Source of the DNA: Patescibacteria group bacterium
Lineage (GTDB): Bacteria; Patescibacteriota; Patescibacteriia; 2-01-FULL-39-33
NCBI GenBank assembly: GCA_038065695.1
Contig: JBBTQN010000020.1
Coordinates: 1-56,731 of the forward strand
Direction: 5' to 3'
DNA: 56,731 bases
In this document: in pieces, positions 24,370 to 32,771 of the stretch
Layout: the number at the start of each line of letters is the position of its first letter
How positions within the stretch are numbered: the first letter of the stretch is position 1
Notes under the pieces: model-generated
Seen by the model: the letters and a program-made list of their open reading frames with translations, nothing else
Told to the model about the DNA's origin: nothing
The model's database searches: none
Translations under genes and position numbers: made by a program

Positions 24370-24416
24370 TTGACTATTTACCATAATTATGGTAATATTA
24401 TACCATAACTATGGTA
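24370..24416 (+). promoter_or_regulatory. Promoter with two palindromic operators upstream of the MNT/HEPN pair
   Basis: TTGACT, 17 nt spacer, TAATAT. Palindromes TACCATAATTATGGTA (24379..24394) and TACCATAACTATGGTA (24401..24416). Confidence 0.55.
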
Positions 24417-24971
24417 ATTATAAATTTTATGAATTTTAAAAGTGAGACAGAAAATAAGATATTGAATTATTTTTTTATCAACTCCAAGGCGAGGCATTAT
24501 ATCAATGAACTGGCGAGAATTTTGGTTCTTGACCCCAAAAATACCCATCGCAAATTGGTGGAATTGGAGAAACGGGGAATTTTAAAAAGCGAATTTCTGG
24601 GCCGGCAGAGGTATTTTTTTCTGGATTCTGACAATCAGCTGACCAAAAAGTATCGCTCGATTTTTTTTCAAACCGTCGGGTTGGAAGCGCGATTAAAGAA
24701 AATAGCGGCCATGAATAAAAAAATAAAATCGGCTTATATTTTCGGCTCATACGCGATTGACAAAATGGATGCTTCAAGCGACTTGGATCTATTGGTTATA
24801 GGGAGCCATTCTTCAATTGAGCTTCATAAAGCGTTTAATAAAATCCAGCAAGAAATCGGACGGGAAATAAACGTGATTGACTTCAATGAATCGGAATTCA
24901 GACTTAGAAAGAAAAGAGGGGATGGTTTTTTAAAGAATATTTTTTCTCAAAAAACAATCAAGATAAAATGA
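24411..24971 (+). CDS. Nucleotidyltransferase (MNT-like) with an N-terminal winged-helix domain; the start may be at 24429
   Basis: Minimal NTase motif GSYAIDKMDASSDLDLLVIG. The stop overlaps the next start (ATGA). Confidence 0.75.
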   Translation: MVIINFMNFKSETENKILNYFFINSKARHYINELARILVLDPKNTHRKLVELEKRGILKSEFLGRQRYFFLDSDNQLTKKYRSIFFQTVGLEARLKKIAAMNKKIKSAYIFGSYAIDKMDASSDLDLLVIGSHSSIELHKAFNKIQQEIGREINVIDFNESEFRLRKKRGDGFLKNIFSQKTIKIK

Positions 24972-25369
24972 TAATTTTTGAAGACGATTATTTCCGGTTG
25001 ACGAATTTTGATGCTAAGCAGATTGGAGAATATATTGACTCGGCAGAGAGGGATTTATCAATCGCCAAAGAGTCGGATATTCCCGAAGTGGTTTTTAGAT
25101 TTGCTTATGACGCGATGATAAAATTGGGTATTATTTTAATCGCTAAGCAGGGATATCGAGTGAGAAGCGCGCCGGGACATCATATCAAAATTATAGAAAA
25201 AATGAGTTTAATTGTGGGAGACGAAGATATTGGAATAATAGGCAATAAAATAAGACAAAAAAGGAATTTGGATTTATACAGTGGCAAATTGTCTTTCTCG
25301 GAAAAAGAGAGTAAAGAATATTTTAAATTTATTGAGAGTATTTTTAAGCAGGCGCGTAATTTATTTTAA
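24968..25369 (+). CDS. HEPN-domain-like protein, partner of the MNT
   Basis: 133 aa, helical, translationally coupled to the NTase. It has an RQKRNLDLY segment like the R..N..Y region of HEPN partners. This is a family call from memory. Confidence 0.55.
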   Translation: MIIFEDDYFRLTNFDAKQIGEYIDSAERDLSIAKESDIPEVVFRFAYDAMIKLGIILIAKQGYRVRSAPGHHIKIIEKMSLIVGDEDIGIIGNKIRQKRNLDLYSGKLSFSEKESKEYFKFIESIFKQARNLF

Positions 25370-25405
25370 AAAATCCCCCGCCAAGGCAGGGGAGTTTTTT
25401 GTGAA

Positions 25406-27190
25406 TTATTTTTTTTCTTGGATTTCTTTTTTAATTTCTTCCACAAATTTTTCCAATTTCCGCGCCCCTAAATCTCCCTCGCCCCGTTTACGCACTGCCA
25501 CCGATTTTGAAACAGTTTCTTTTTCCCCGACCACCAAAATGTAAGGGGTTTTTTGTTTCTCGGCATTGCGGATGCGCTTGCCGAGTGATTCGTCGCTATC
25601 ATCTAGTTCGGCGCGGATGCCGGTTGATTTTAATTTTGATAGGACTTTTTCGCCCCAATCATTGAATTTTTCCGAGACCGGAATAATAACGACTTGAACC
25701 GGCGAGAGCCACGTCGGGAAGGCGCCGGCGTAATATTCAATCAAGAAGGCCATCACTCTTTCAATCGCGCCGATGGAAGAACGGTGGATGACAACCGCTT
25801 CTTGTTTTTTGCCTTTCTCATCAATATAGTTGAGCTCAAATCGCTTTGGCATGACAAAATCGTATTGGACGGTAAAAGCGGTGTCTTCTTTGCCGGCGAA
25901 ATTTTTTATCTGGATGTCAATTTTCGGGCCGTAGAAAGCGGCTTCACCTTCACTCTCAAAAAATGGCGCTCGGCGTTTTTTCAAAACCTCTCGCAAAATA
26001 TTTTCCGCGTTGTCCCAGGCCTTGTCGTCCTTGTAATATTTTTTTTCTTCTTTCCGGTCGCCGAGAGAGAGGCGATAACGGAAATTTTCTCCCTTTTTAA
26101 TCCCCATGACCGAGGCGACATATTCGATCAAATCCAAAGCTTCGTTGATTTGCTCTTTGGCTTGGTCAAGACGGCAGACAATATGGGAATCGGCCAGGCA
26201 GAAAGAACGTACGCGCATCAGGCCCGAGAGTTCGCCGGATTTTTCATAACGGAATTGTTTGGCCAACTCCGCGATTTTCAAGGGGAGCTCTTTGTAAGTG
26301 CGCGGCCGACTCAAGTACAGCTCAAAATGATGCGGGCAAGTCATCGGCCTTAAGATCAGTTCTTCATCGTCGATTTTCATCACCGGATACATTGAATCTT
26401 TGTAGTATGGATAATGGCCGGATTTTTTGTACAAATCCACTTTAGCCAAATCAGGCGTGTAGACATGCTGGTAGCCGCGTTTGATTTCTTCGTCAACGAT
26501 AAATCGTTCCAATTCCCGCCGGATGATAGAGCCCTTTTCGGTAAAAAGCGGCAAGCCCTTTCCGACGAGTTCGGAAAAAACAAAAAGGTCAAGGTCTTTG
26601 CCGATGACGCGATGGTCTCTTTTTTTGGCTTCCTCTAAAAGTTTTAAATAATCAGTCAGTTCTTGCTTGGTCTCATATGCCGTGCCGTAAATTCGTTGGA
26701 GCATTTTGTTTTTCTCGTCGCCGCGCCAATAAGCGCCGGCGATTTTCATCAACTTAAAATCTCCCAATTTTTTGGTGCTGGCCACGTGTGGCCCGCGGCA
26801 CAAATCTTCAAAATCGCCGACTGTGTAAAAACTCACTTTTTTTCTTGCCCCGTGTTTATCACCGGGGTCGCCGGCTTTTTGAAACTCTTTGATTAATTCA
26901 ATTTTGTATGACTGGCCCTTCATCTTCTTCAGCGCGTCTTCAATCTTTAATTCCGTTTTTTCAAATTTCAGATTTTTTTTAATCAGCTCCGCCATCTTTT
27001 TTTCAATTTTCGGCAGGTCGTCGGCGGAAAAGGTTTTATCTCCCAAATCAAAATCATAATAGAAACCATCTTCAATAGTCGGGCCGATGGCGAATTTTAT
27101 TTTATCACCAAAAAGCTCTTTGACCGCGTAGGCCAATATATGCGAAGTGGAATGGCGGATAATCTCCAGCTTATTTTGTTTTTGAGGCAT
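25406..27190 (-). CDS. thrS: Threonine--tRNA ligase (lacks an N-terminal TGS domain)
   Basis: HSTSHILA editing-domain motif, RPMTCPHH, and the class II core with HRSSIGAIERVMAFLIE. Confidence 0.95.
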   Translation of the reverse strand: MPQKQNKLEIIRHSTSHILAYAVKELFGDKIKFAIGPTIEDGFYYDFDLGDKTFSADDLPKIEKKMAELIKKNLKFEKTELKIEDALKKMKGQSYKIELIKEFQKAGDPGDKHGARKKVSFYTVGDFEDLCRGPHVASTKKLGDFKLMKIAGAYWRGDEKNKMLQRIYGTAYETKQELTDYLKLLEEAKKRDHRVIGKDLDLFVFSELVGKGLPLFTEKGSIIRRELERFIVDEEIKRGYQHVYTPDLAKVDLYKKSGHYPYYKDSMYPVMKIDDEELILRPMTCPHHFELYLSRPRTYKELPLKIAELAKQFRYEKSGELSGLMRVRSFCLADSHIVCRLDQAKEQINEALDLIEYVASVMGIKKGENFRYRLSLGDRKEEKKYYKDDKAWDNAENILREVLKKRRAPFFESEGEAAFYGPKIDIQIKNFAGKEDTAFTVQYDFVMPKRFELNYIDEKGKKQEAVVIHRSSIGAIERVMAFLIEYYAGAFPTWLSPVQVVIIPVSEKFNDWGEKVLSKLKSTGIRAELDDSDESLGKRIRNAEKQKTPYILVVGEKETVSKSVAVRKRGEGDLGARKLEKFVEEIKKEIQEKK

Positions 27191-27228
27191 ATTCTAAAAT
27201 TTTTAATTTTATAAATAAATTTAGTCTT

Positions 27229-27316
27229 CCCCTCCTTTCCAAGGAGGGGTTAGGGGAGGTTATGAAAGTCACGAATTACAGAATAACTTTCAAAACCCCT
27301 CTTAATCTCCCCTTGG
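27229..27316 (+). repeat. Composite CCCCTCC/GGAGGGG palindromic element (two hairpins plus spacer)
   Basis: cccctcctttccaaggagggg ttaggggaggt ...tgaaagtcacgaattac...actttca... tctccccttggagaggggaga. Confidence 0.75.
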
Positions 27317-27512
27317 AGAGGGGAGAAATTTTATTATTTAAAATCATATAATTATCTTATCAATTTCGCTTATTTCCGTCAATTTTTTAAATTCAGGCGG
27401 CGGCTATTGACTTTTCTTTGGTTTTTATTTAAAATGCGGGTAGTTATTGGTTCTTATCAATTAGCGGTTTAGCGTTTTTGTTGAAAAAACAAGGGAAATA
27501 CAAGCAAAAACA

Positions 27513-27635
27513 AGGAAAGGAGGGATGAGCTTGACCTGATGAAATAGGAGTTTCTAAGGCAATTTCCGTTGGAAAACATTGGCAAAAGGTGAAAACTTGG
27601 CAATTGGGCCAAGTAAACATAAGGAGGAGTTTGAA
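27513..27635 (+). promoter_or_regulatory. Conserved upstream leader, copy 1
   Basis: Shares AGGAAAGGAGGGATG, then TTGAC 18 nt on from the block start, and CTTGGCA(A)TTGGGCCAAG with the region upstream of the paralog at 28545. Confidence 0.45.
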
Positions 27636-28286
27636 ATGAAAAGCAAGCTGTTTTTGATGACGATAGTTATGTTGATGATCGTGGCGTTCGTGACCCCGGC
27701 GGCGTTCGCGAGGGACGTGAAGGTCGTGCGGCACGGCAGCGAAGTGACGGTGGTGCCGGTGAAAGACAAGGCGCCGACGGTCGTCGCCCAGGCGAAGAAA
27801 GAAGCGAAGCCCGAGGCGGAAGCAACGGTGCCGGCTAAGAAGGTGGCGAAGAAGGCAGAACCGACTTTTAGTAATCGCGAGCAGAGCGTCGGTCGGCTTA
27901 TCTGCGGACCGCTCAAGGCGTGTGGGAAGGTTTTTGTGGATGTGGTTGATACAATAACTTTCCAGAGGCCGGCGGCGGTTTTCAATATCCTCCGTGACGT
28001 GCGTCGCGAAGGATTCGATATCGGCGAAGGTATTCTCCTTCTCGCAACCGGCGATGAGCCCATTCCGATTGAAGACATGGGCGAGCTCAACACGGCGATC
28101 ACCGACGCGGGCGTGGACTGGTTGGTTGACGGCATTTTGTACGGCGTCGGCACGGGCGTCGCGCTTCATAACTCTCATTACGAAAGCCAGGTCTTTCATC
28201 ATCTGCGCGATTGGAAGATAGGCGCGTGGACGGCGGCCGGCGTGGCGGCGTCTGACCTCATCGGCTCAACCGCCGACGAAGATTAA
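27636..28286 (+). CDS. Secreted protein of unknown function, tandem paralog 1
   Basis: Signal peptide MKSKLFLMTIVMLMIVAFVTPAAFA. The C-terminal half aligns with the paralog (VGELNTAITDAG.. vs VGELNQAIRDAG..). Confidence 0.7.
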   Translation: MKSKLFLMTIVMLMIVAFVTPAAFARDVKVVRHGSEVTVVPVKDKAPTVVAQAKKEAKPEAEATVPAKKVAKKAEPTFSNREQSVGRLICGPLKACGKVFVDVVDTITFQRPAAVFNILRDVRREGFDIGEGILLLATGDEPIPIEDMGELNTAITDAGVDWLVDGILYGVGTGVALHNSHYESQVFHHLRDWKIGAWTAAGVAASDLIGSTADED

Positions 28287-28317
28287 ACCGCAATCGCGGT
28301 CAATAATAATACCAATT

Positions 28318-28354
28318 GGGCGGATTCCAAAGCAAGGAATCCGCCCTCTTTTTA
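28318..28354 (+). terminator. Intrinsic terminator (11-bp perfect stem)
   Basis: gggcggattcc aaagcaa ggaatccgccc, then tcttttta. It is homologous to the terminator at 29325. Confidence 0.85.
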
Positions 28355-28544
28355 TCCTCCACCTTTCTTAAGGAAAGGTGGGGATTTTATTGTCTAATTG
28401 ATAATTTTCCCCCTGGGGATAAAGCTCTTGACCTTTGTTTCGTCTTGTTTTAAGATGTTCGTATAATACCTTGGTCTTTTAAAAGATAGTGGATATGTAA
28501 TTTTTTGGTTGAATAGTCAAAACTCTGAAAAGAGTTTAAAAGAG

Positions 28545-28645
28545 AGGAAAGGAGGGATGTGATTGACTTAAAAAAAATAGCTTAAGTGAAAGTTGGTTTG
28601 GAAAAACCTTGGCATTGGGCCAAGACAACAATGGAGGACAAAACA
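28545..28645 (+). promoter_or_regulatory. Conserved upstream leader, copy 2
   Basis: See 27513..27635. Confidence 0.45.
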
Positions 28646-29290
28646 ATGAGAAGCAAACGTTTTTTGACGATCACTCTGGCGATGCTTATTTTGGTAGCGT
28701 TTTTGATGCCGGTGGCGATGGCCAAGGAGGCAAAGGCACCAGCGAAGCAAGAAGCCAAGGCCGAAAAGGGAGGCGGGGCGGACAATGTGGTCAAGAGCTT
28801 TTTCACTCTGGTCGGCCGTCCATTGCTGGCGCCGTTCTTCGCCATCAAAAATGTGGTGGACAACGGCGGCACGCCTTTACGCTGGGTGAATAGCGCGGTC
28901 CGGTCAGTACGGGAAGATGTCTTTGACGCGCCGGTTGACGCGGCAAAGTTCCTCGCCTCGCCTTTTGGCGTAGAACCGACGCCTCTTGATGATGTTGGCG
29001 AGTTGAATCAGGCCATACGAGACGCCGGTCCGGTCGCCGAAGCCATAGCCGATGGAGTGTTTGTCGGGGCGGTCGTTGGGGTAGCGCAAAATAATCATCG
29101 CGCTCTCTTTGGTGCCGGTCACCTAAACCATAAATGGGAAAAAGCGGTCATGGTTGGTGCCGGCGCTTCGCTCGGGTCGCAAGCGTTGGATCCGACTAGT
29201 TCCAATTCCAACAGCGATAGACCAAAGGGCGTATTGGGCAAGCTCGTGCGACACGGCACCGAGGCAAGACGCGTCGTCGAGAAGAATTAA
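28646..29290 (+). CDS. Secreted protein of unknown function, tandem paralog 2
   Basis: Signal peptide MRSKRFLTITLAMLILVAFLMPVAMA. Confidence 0.7.
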   Translation: MRSKRFLTITLAMLILVAFLMPVAMAKEAKAPAKQEAKAEKGGGADNVVKSFFTLVGRPLLAPFFAIKNVVDNGGTPLRWVNSAVRSVREDVFDAPVDAAKFLASPFGVEPTPLDDVGELNQAIRDAGPVAEAIADGVFVGAVVGVAQNNHRALFGAGHLNHKWEKAVMVGAGASLGSQALDPTSSNSNSDRPKGVLGKLVRHGTEARRVVEKN

Positions 29291-29324
29291 GAGATCAATA
29301 AGATGATCGTCTATTGAAGTTAAA

Positions 29325-29368
29325 CGGGCGGGTTCCAAAGAAAAGGAACCCGCCCGATTTTTATTTTT
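29325..29368 (+). terminator. Intrinsic terminator (12-bp perfect stem)
   Basis: cgggcgggttcc aaagaaaa ggaacccgcccg, then a T-rich tract. Confidence 0.85.
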
Positions 29369-29435
29369 AAGTGAATTTATATGACAAATCTGTAATTTTC
29401 CGCTAAACTGTTATTAGTCATAAGCTAAAAGCCAT

Positions 29436-31169
29436 ATGTCAGATTACGCGATTCAAAAGTTAAAATTCCAAATCCTTGATTTGGTGGCGCAGGCGTTCGG
29501 CCCGGAGACGGACCGAAAACAACTGGAAATCACCGTGCCGCCGGATTCTTCGCTGGGCGACTTAGCCGTCCCTTGTTTTTATTTTTCCAAATTATCCCGC
29601 CGTTCGCCCAACCAGATCGCCTTGGAACTGGAAGAAAAAATCCATCCGGGCGGCGTCATCAAATCAATTAAAGCCGTCGGGCCTTATCTTAACTTTTTTA
29701 TTGACGCCAAAATTTTCGGCCGGGAAGCGATTAAAGAAATAATTAAAAAGAAGGAAAAATACGGCCAGCTCGCTTTGGCGGCGGAAAAGATAATGCTGGA
29801 ATATTCCCAGCCCAACACTCATAAGGAATTCCACATCGGCCATTTGCGCAACGCGGTTTTGGGCGCGAGTTTGGTCAATGTTTTGCGTTTTTCGGGATAC
29901 AAGGTGGTGCCGGTCAACTACATCGGCGATATCGGCGCTCACGTGGCGAAATGCCTTTGGGCGCTTAATCGGTTCCATAAAGACGAGAAGCCGCCGGAAA
30001 ACAAAGGCAAATACCTGGGGGTAATTTACAGTGAAGCGGTCAGAAAGACCGAAGCCAATCCGGAGTTTAAAAAAGAAGCGGATGAGGTGCTGATGAAATT
30101 AGAGCATGGCGATAAATATTTTATCGCTTTATGGAAAAAAACGAGAGAATGGAGCTTGGACGAATTCAATGAGATCTACAAGTTGCTCGGTGTTTCGTTT
30201 AAGCGGGTTTTTTTTGAAAGCGAAGTGGAGAAACCGGGCAAAAAAATCGTTTCCGAACTTTTGGAGAAAAATATCGCCGAGAAATCAGACGGCGCGGTCA
30301 TCGTCAATCTGGAAAAATACGGCCTGAAAAATTTTATCCTCTTGAAGTCAGATGGTTCGTCCCTTTATTCCACTAAAGACCTGGCTTTGGCGAAATTGAA
30401 ATTCCAAAAATACAAGATTGAAGCAAGTTTAGTGGTCACCGATTCACGCCAGAATTTTTATTTTGAACAATTATTTAAGACGTTAGAACTAATTGGTTTC
30501 AACCCCAGTGATAAACACGGGGCAGGTAAAAAATTGGTTCATATCCCTTATGAGTTTGTTACCCTAAAAGAAGGCGCGATGTCCTCCCGAAGCGGCAACG
30601 TTGTCTTGTTTGAAGATTTTTACGCCCAAGTGCTGGCGCAGTCAAAAGCCGAGACTAAAAAGCGGCACACCGACTGGCCGGACAAGAAGATTGATGAGGT
30701 CGCCGGAAAAATCGCTTTGGCCGCCATCAAATTCAACTTGCTCAAAGTCGGCAACAGTAATATAATTGTTTTTGACATTGACGAGGCGTTGAGTTTTGAC
30801 GGATTCTCCGGACCGTACATCCAATACACCACCAGCCGAATTATGAGCGTTCTTAAAAAAGCGAAATTTGTCACCGTCGGGTCGGCGGATTTCGGCAGAT
30901 TGAAGGAAGAATTGGAAAAGGAATTGATTTTGAAAATCGCCGAGTTTCCGGAGGCGGTGAAAGAAGCCGCGGAAAATTATCAGCCGAGCGAGGTGGCGAA
31001 ATATTTATTTGAACTATCGCACCTATTCGCTAATTTTTATCAGGAAGTGCCGATTCTATCCGCTGAAGAAAAAACGAGATATGCCCGTTTGGCGCTATGC
31101 GCCGCGGTGAGGCAGGTCTTGGTAAACGGCTTGGAGCTCTTGGGGATTGACGCCTTGGAGGAGATGTAA
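29436..31169 (+). CDS. argS: Arginine--tRNA ligase
   Basis: Class I HIGH (EFHIGHLRN), typical length, and a C-terminal DALR-type anticodon-binding region ending ..LEEM. Confidence 0.95.
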   Translation: MSDYAIQKLKFQILDLVAQAFGPETDRKQLEITVPPDSSLGDLAVPCFYFSKLSRRSPNQIALELEEKIHPGGVIKSIKAVGPYLNFFIDAKIFGREAIKEIIKKKEKYGQLALAAEKIMLEYSQPNTHKEFHIGHLRNAVLGASLVNVLRFSGYKVVPVNYIGDIGAHVAKCLWALNRFHKDEKPPENKGKYLGVIYSEAVRKTEANPEFKKEADEVLMKLEHGDKYFIALWKKTREWSLDEFNEIYKLLGVSFKRVFFESEVEKPGKKIVSELLEKNIAEKSDGAVIVNLEKYGLKNFILLKSDGSSLYSTKDLALAKLKFQKYKIEASLVVTDSRQNFYFEQLFKTLELIGFNPSDKHGAGKKLVHIPYEFVTLKEGAMSSRSGNVVLFEDFYAQVLAQSKAETKKRHTDWPDKKIDEVAGKIALAAIKFNLLKVGNSNIIVFDIDEALSFDGFSGPYIQYTTSRIMSVLKKAKFVTVGSADFGRLKEELEKELILKIAEFPEAVKEAAENYQPSEVAKYLFELSHLFANFYQEVPILSAEEKTRYARLALCAAVRQVLVNGLELLGIDALEEM

Positions 31170-31258
31170 TAAATAAAATATTGAAAATATTTTATTAAAT
31201 TCCAAATCCCAAATTACAATTTCCAAATAAATTCCAAATTATAAATATTCATTAAATT

Positions 31259-31356
31259 TCTCCCCTTTCCAAGGGGAGATTAAGAGGGGTTTTGAAACTC
31301 ACTCTATAATTCGTGACTTTCATAACCTCCCCTAACCCCTCCTTAGAAAGGAGGGG
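31259..31356 (-). repeat. Composite CCCCTCC/GGAGGGG element, inverted copy of 27229..27316
   Basis: The reverse complement of the 27229 element aligns along its whole length, including the spacer (tttgaaa..taattcgtgactttcata). Confidence 0.75.
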
Positions 31357-31401
31357 AATTTGATTTGTAGATTTGTGGGAATTTTTCTATAATATACTCA
31401 T

Positions 31402-31776
31402 ATGCCTAATCCTCGCAAAATATTACTCGTTGAAGACGAGCCCGAACTGATCCATATTTTCGGGGCGGTTTTAAAGCAGTCCGGTTTTGAGGTGGAGATC
31501 GTGATGGATGGCGAAAGCGCTTTGAAAAAAGTAAAGAGTTTTCAGCCCGATTTGGTTCTCTTAGATTTGGTTATTCCGGAAATTGACGGCTATGAAGTGC
31601 TCTCTCGGATTAAAAAAGACAAAAAAACCAAAGATATCCTGGTTTATGTCTGGAGTAATTTGGCGCAGAACGGCGAGATTAAGAAAGCGGAAAAATTGGG
31701 CGCCGACGGTTATCTCATCAAGACCGATTACGTGCCGACTAAATTGGTGGAAAGAGTCAAGGAAATACTAGCGTAG
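31402..31776 (+). CDS. Stand-alone response regulator receiver domain (CheY-like)
   Basis: LLVEDEPEL, DLVLLDLVIPEIDG, and a conserved K near GADGYLIKT. Confidence 0.9.
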   Translation: MPNPRKILLVEDEPELIHIFGAVLKQSGFEVEIVMDGESALKKVKSFQPDLVLLDLVIPEIDGYEVLSRIKKDKKTKDILVYVWSNLAQNGEIKKAEKLGADGYLIKTDYVPTKLVERVKEILA

Positions 31777-31882
31777 CTTTTTAGGTTGTAGCTTGTTAGC
31801 TTATTAGGGATATTTATAAAAGTTGTTGAAAACAAATCCTAAAAAGCTAAAAAATTAAGAAGCTAAAAAGCTAAGAAGCTAA
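31775..31882. repeat. Inverted arrays of AGCTT/AAGCT-containing oligomers forming a long imperfect hairpin
   Basis: Left arm agctttttaggttgtagcttgttagcttattagg. Right arm cctaaaaagctaaaaaattaagaagctaaaaagctaagaagcta. Confidence 0.55.
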
Positions 31883-31886
31883 CATT

Positions 31887-32078
31887 ATGAAACCAATCGT
31901 GAATGACACTTGTATTGCTTGCGGTACTTGCGAGGCGATTTGCCCCGCAGTTTTTAAAGTGGAGGAAAAAGACGGCAAAATGATTGCCGTAGTTTTAGCT
32001 GCGGATTACGAAGCGGAAAAAGCCAAAATTGACGAAGCGATTGCTTCTTGCGCGACGCAGTCGATTAGTTGGGAATAG
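31887..32078 (+). CDS. Small [4Fe-4S]/[3Fe-4S] ferredoxin
   Basis: CIACGTCEAICP plus a distal Cys. 63 aa. Confidence 0.85.
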   Translation: MKPIVNDTCIACGTCEAICPAVFKVEEKDGKMIAVVLAADYEAEKAKIDEAIASCATQSISWE

Positions 32079-32121
32079 GATTAAAAAATTAAGAAATTAA
32101 AAAATTAATAAAATAATGTAG

Positions 32122-32151
32122 AGACGCCCCGTTGGGGCGTCTTATCTTTTT
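32122..32151 (+). terminator. Terminator of the GAGACG..CGTCTC hairpin type
   Basis: agacgcccc gtt ggggcgtct, then tatcttttt. Confidence 0.75.
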
Positions 32152-32214
32152 GACAAAAACAGCCAAAATTTGTAAGATACATTTATAATTTTCAGAAATT
32201 TTTAATTATCAGAT

Positions 32215-32769
32215 ATGAAAAAAGTCGTTATTATTCATGGCTGGGGAGCGGATCCAAATAGTGACTGGTTTCCTTGGCTCAAGGGTAAATTGGAAGAGAG
32301 GGGGTTTTCGGTTTTTGTTCCCGCGATGCCCAATACGGATAATCCGAAAATTAAGGAATGGGTGGATTTTTTAAAGGATAATTTGTCCCCACTTGATGAA
32401 GATACATATCTCATCGGGCATAGTATCGGTTGTCAGACAATAATGAGATATTTAGGATCGTTTGAAGAGGCAAAAGTAGTGGGTATTATTTTGGTTGCTC
32501 CTTGGTTTAGCTTAATGAATTTGGAAGAAGGCGAAGAAGAGATAGCAAAACCTTGGCTTGAAACACCCATTGATTTTGAAAAAGTAAAGAGAGCGACCGA
32601 AAATATTATTGCCTTATTTTCCGACAATGATTCGGTAGTGCCGATAGACAATGAGAAAAAAATAAAAGAAGTTCTGGGCGCAAAAACAATAATTTATAAA
32701 AACAAAGGGCATTTCAACGCCGAAGATGGGGTAAAAGAATTACCGGAAATTTTAGAATTCATAAAATAA
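32215..32769 (+). CDS. Small alpha/beta serine hydrolase (YdeN/RBBP9-like)
   Basis: VIIHGWGADPNSDWFPWL and the nucleophile elbow IGHSIGC. 184 aa. Confidence 0.75.
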   Translation: MKKVVIIHGWGADPNSDWFPWLKGKLEERGFSVFVPAMPNTDNPKIKEWVDFLKDNLSPLDEDTYLIGHSIGCQTIMRYLGSFEEAKVVGIILVAPWFSLMNLEEGEEEIAKPWLETPIDFEKVKRATENIIALFSDNDSVVPIDNEKKIKEVLGAKTIIYKNKGHFNAEDGVKELPEILEFIK

Positions 32770-32771
32770 TT

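Noticed and set aside
25374-25400. Terminator between HEPN and thrS
   Set aside because: The T-run is present, but by hand I could form only a 4-bp GC stem. That is too weak to list as a feature.
27444-28202. 252-aa and 199-aa minus-strand ORFs rich in Arg, His and Ser
   Set aside because: They are the antisense shadow of the GC-richer secreted-protein gene 27636..28286. Only the + frame has a signal peptide, an RBS, a paralog and a terminator.
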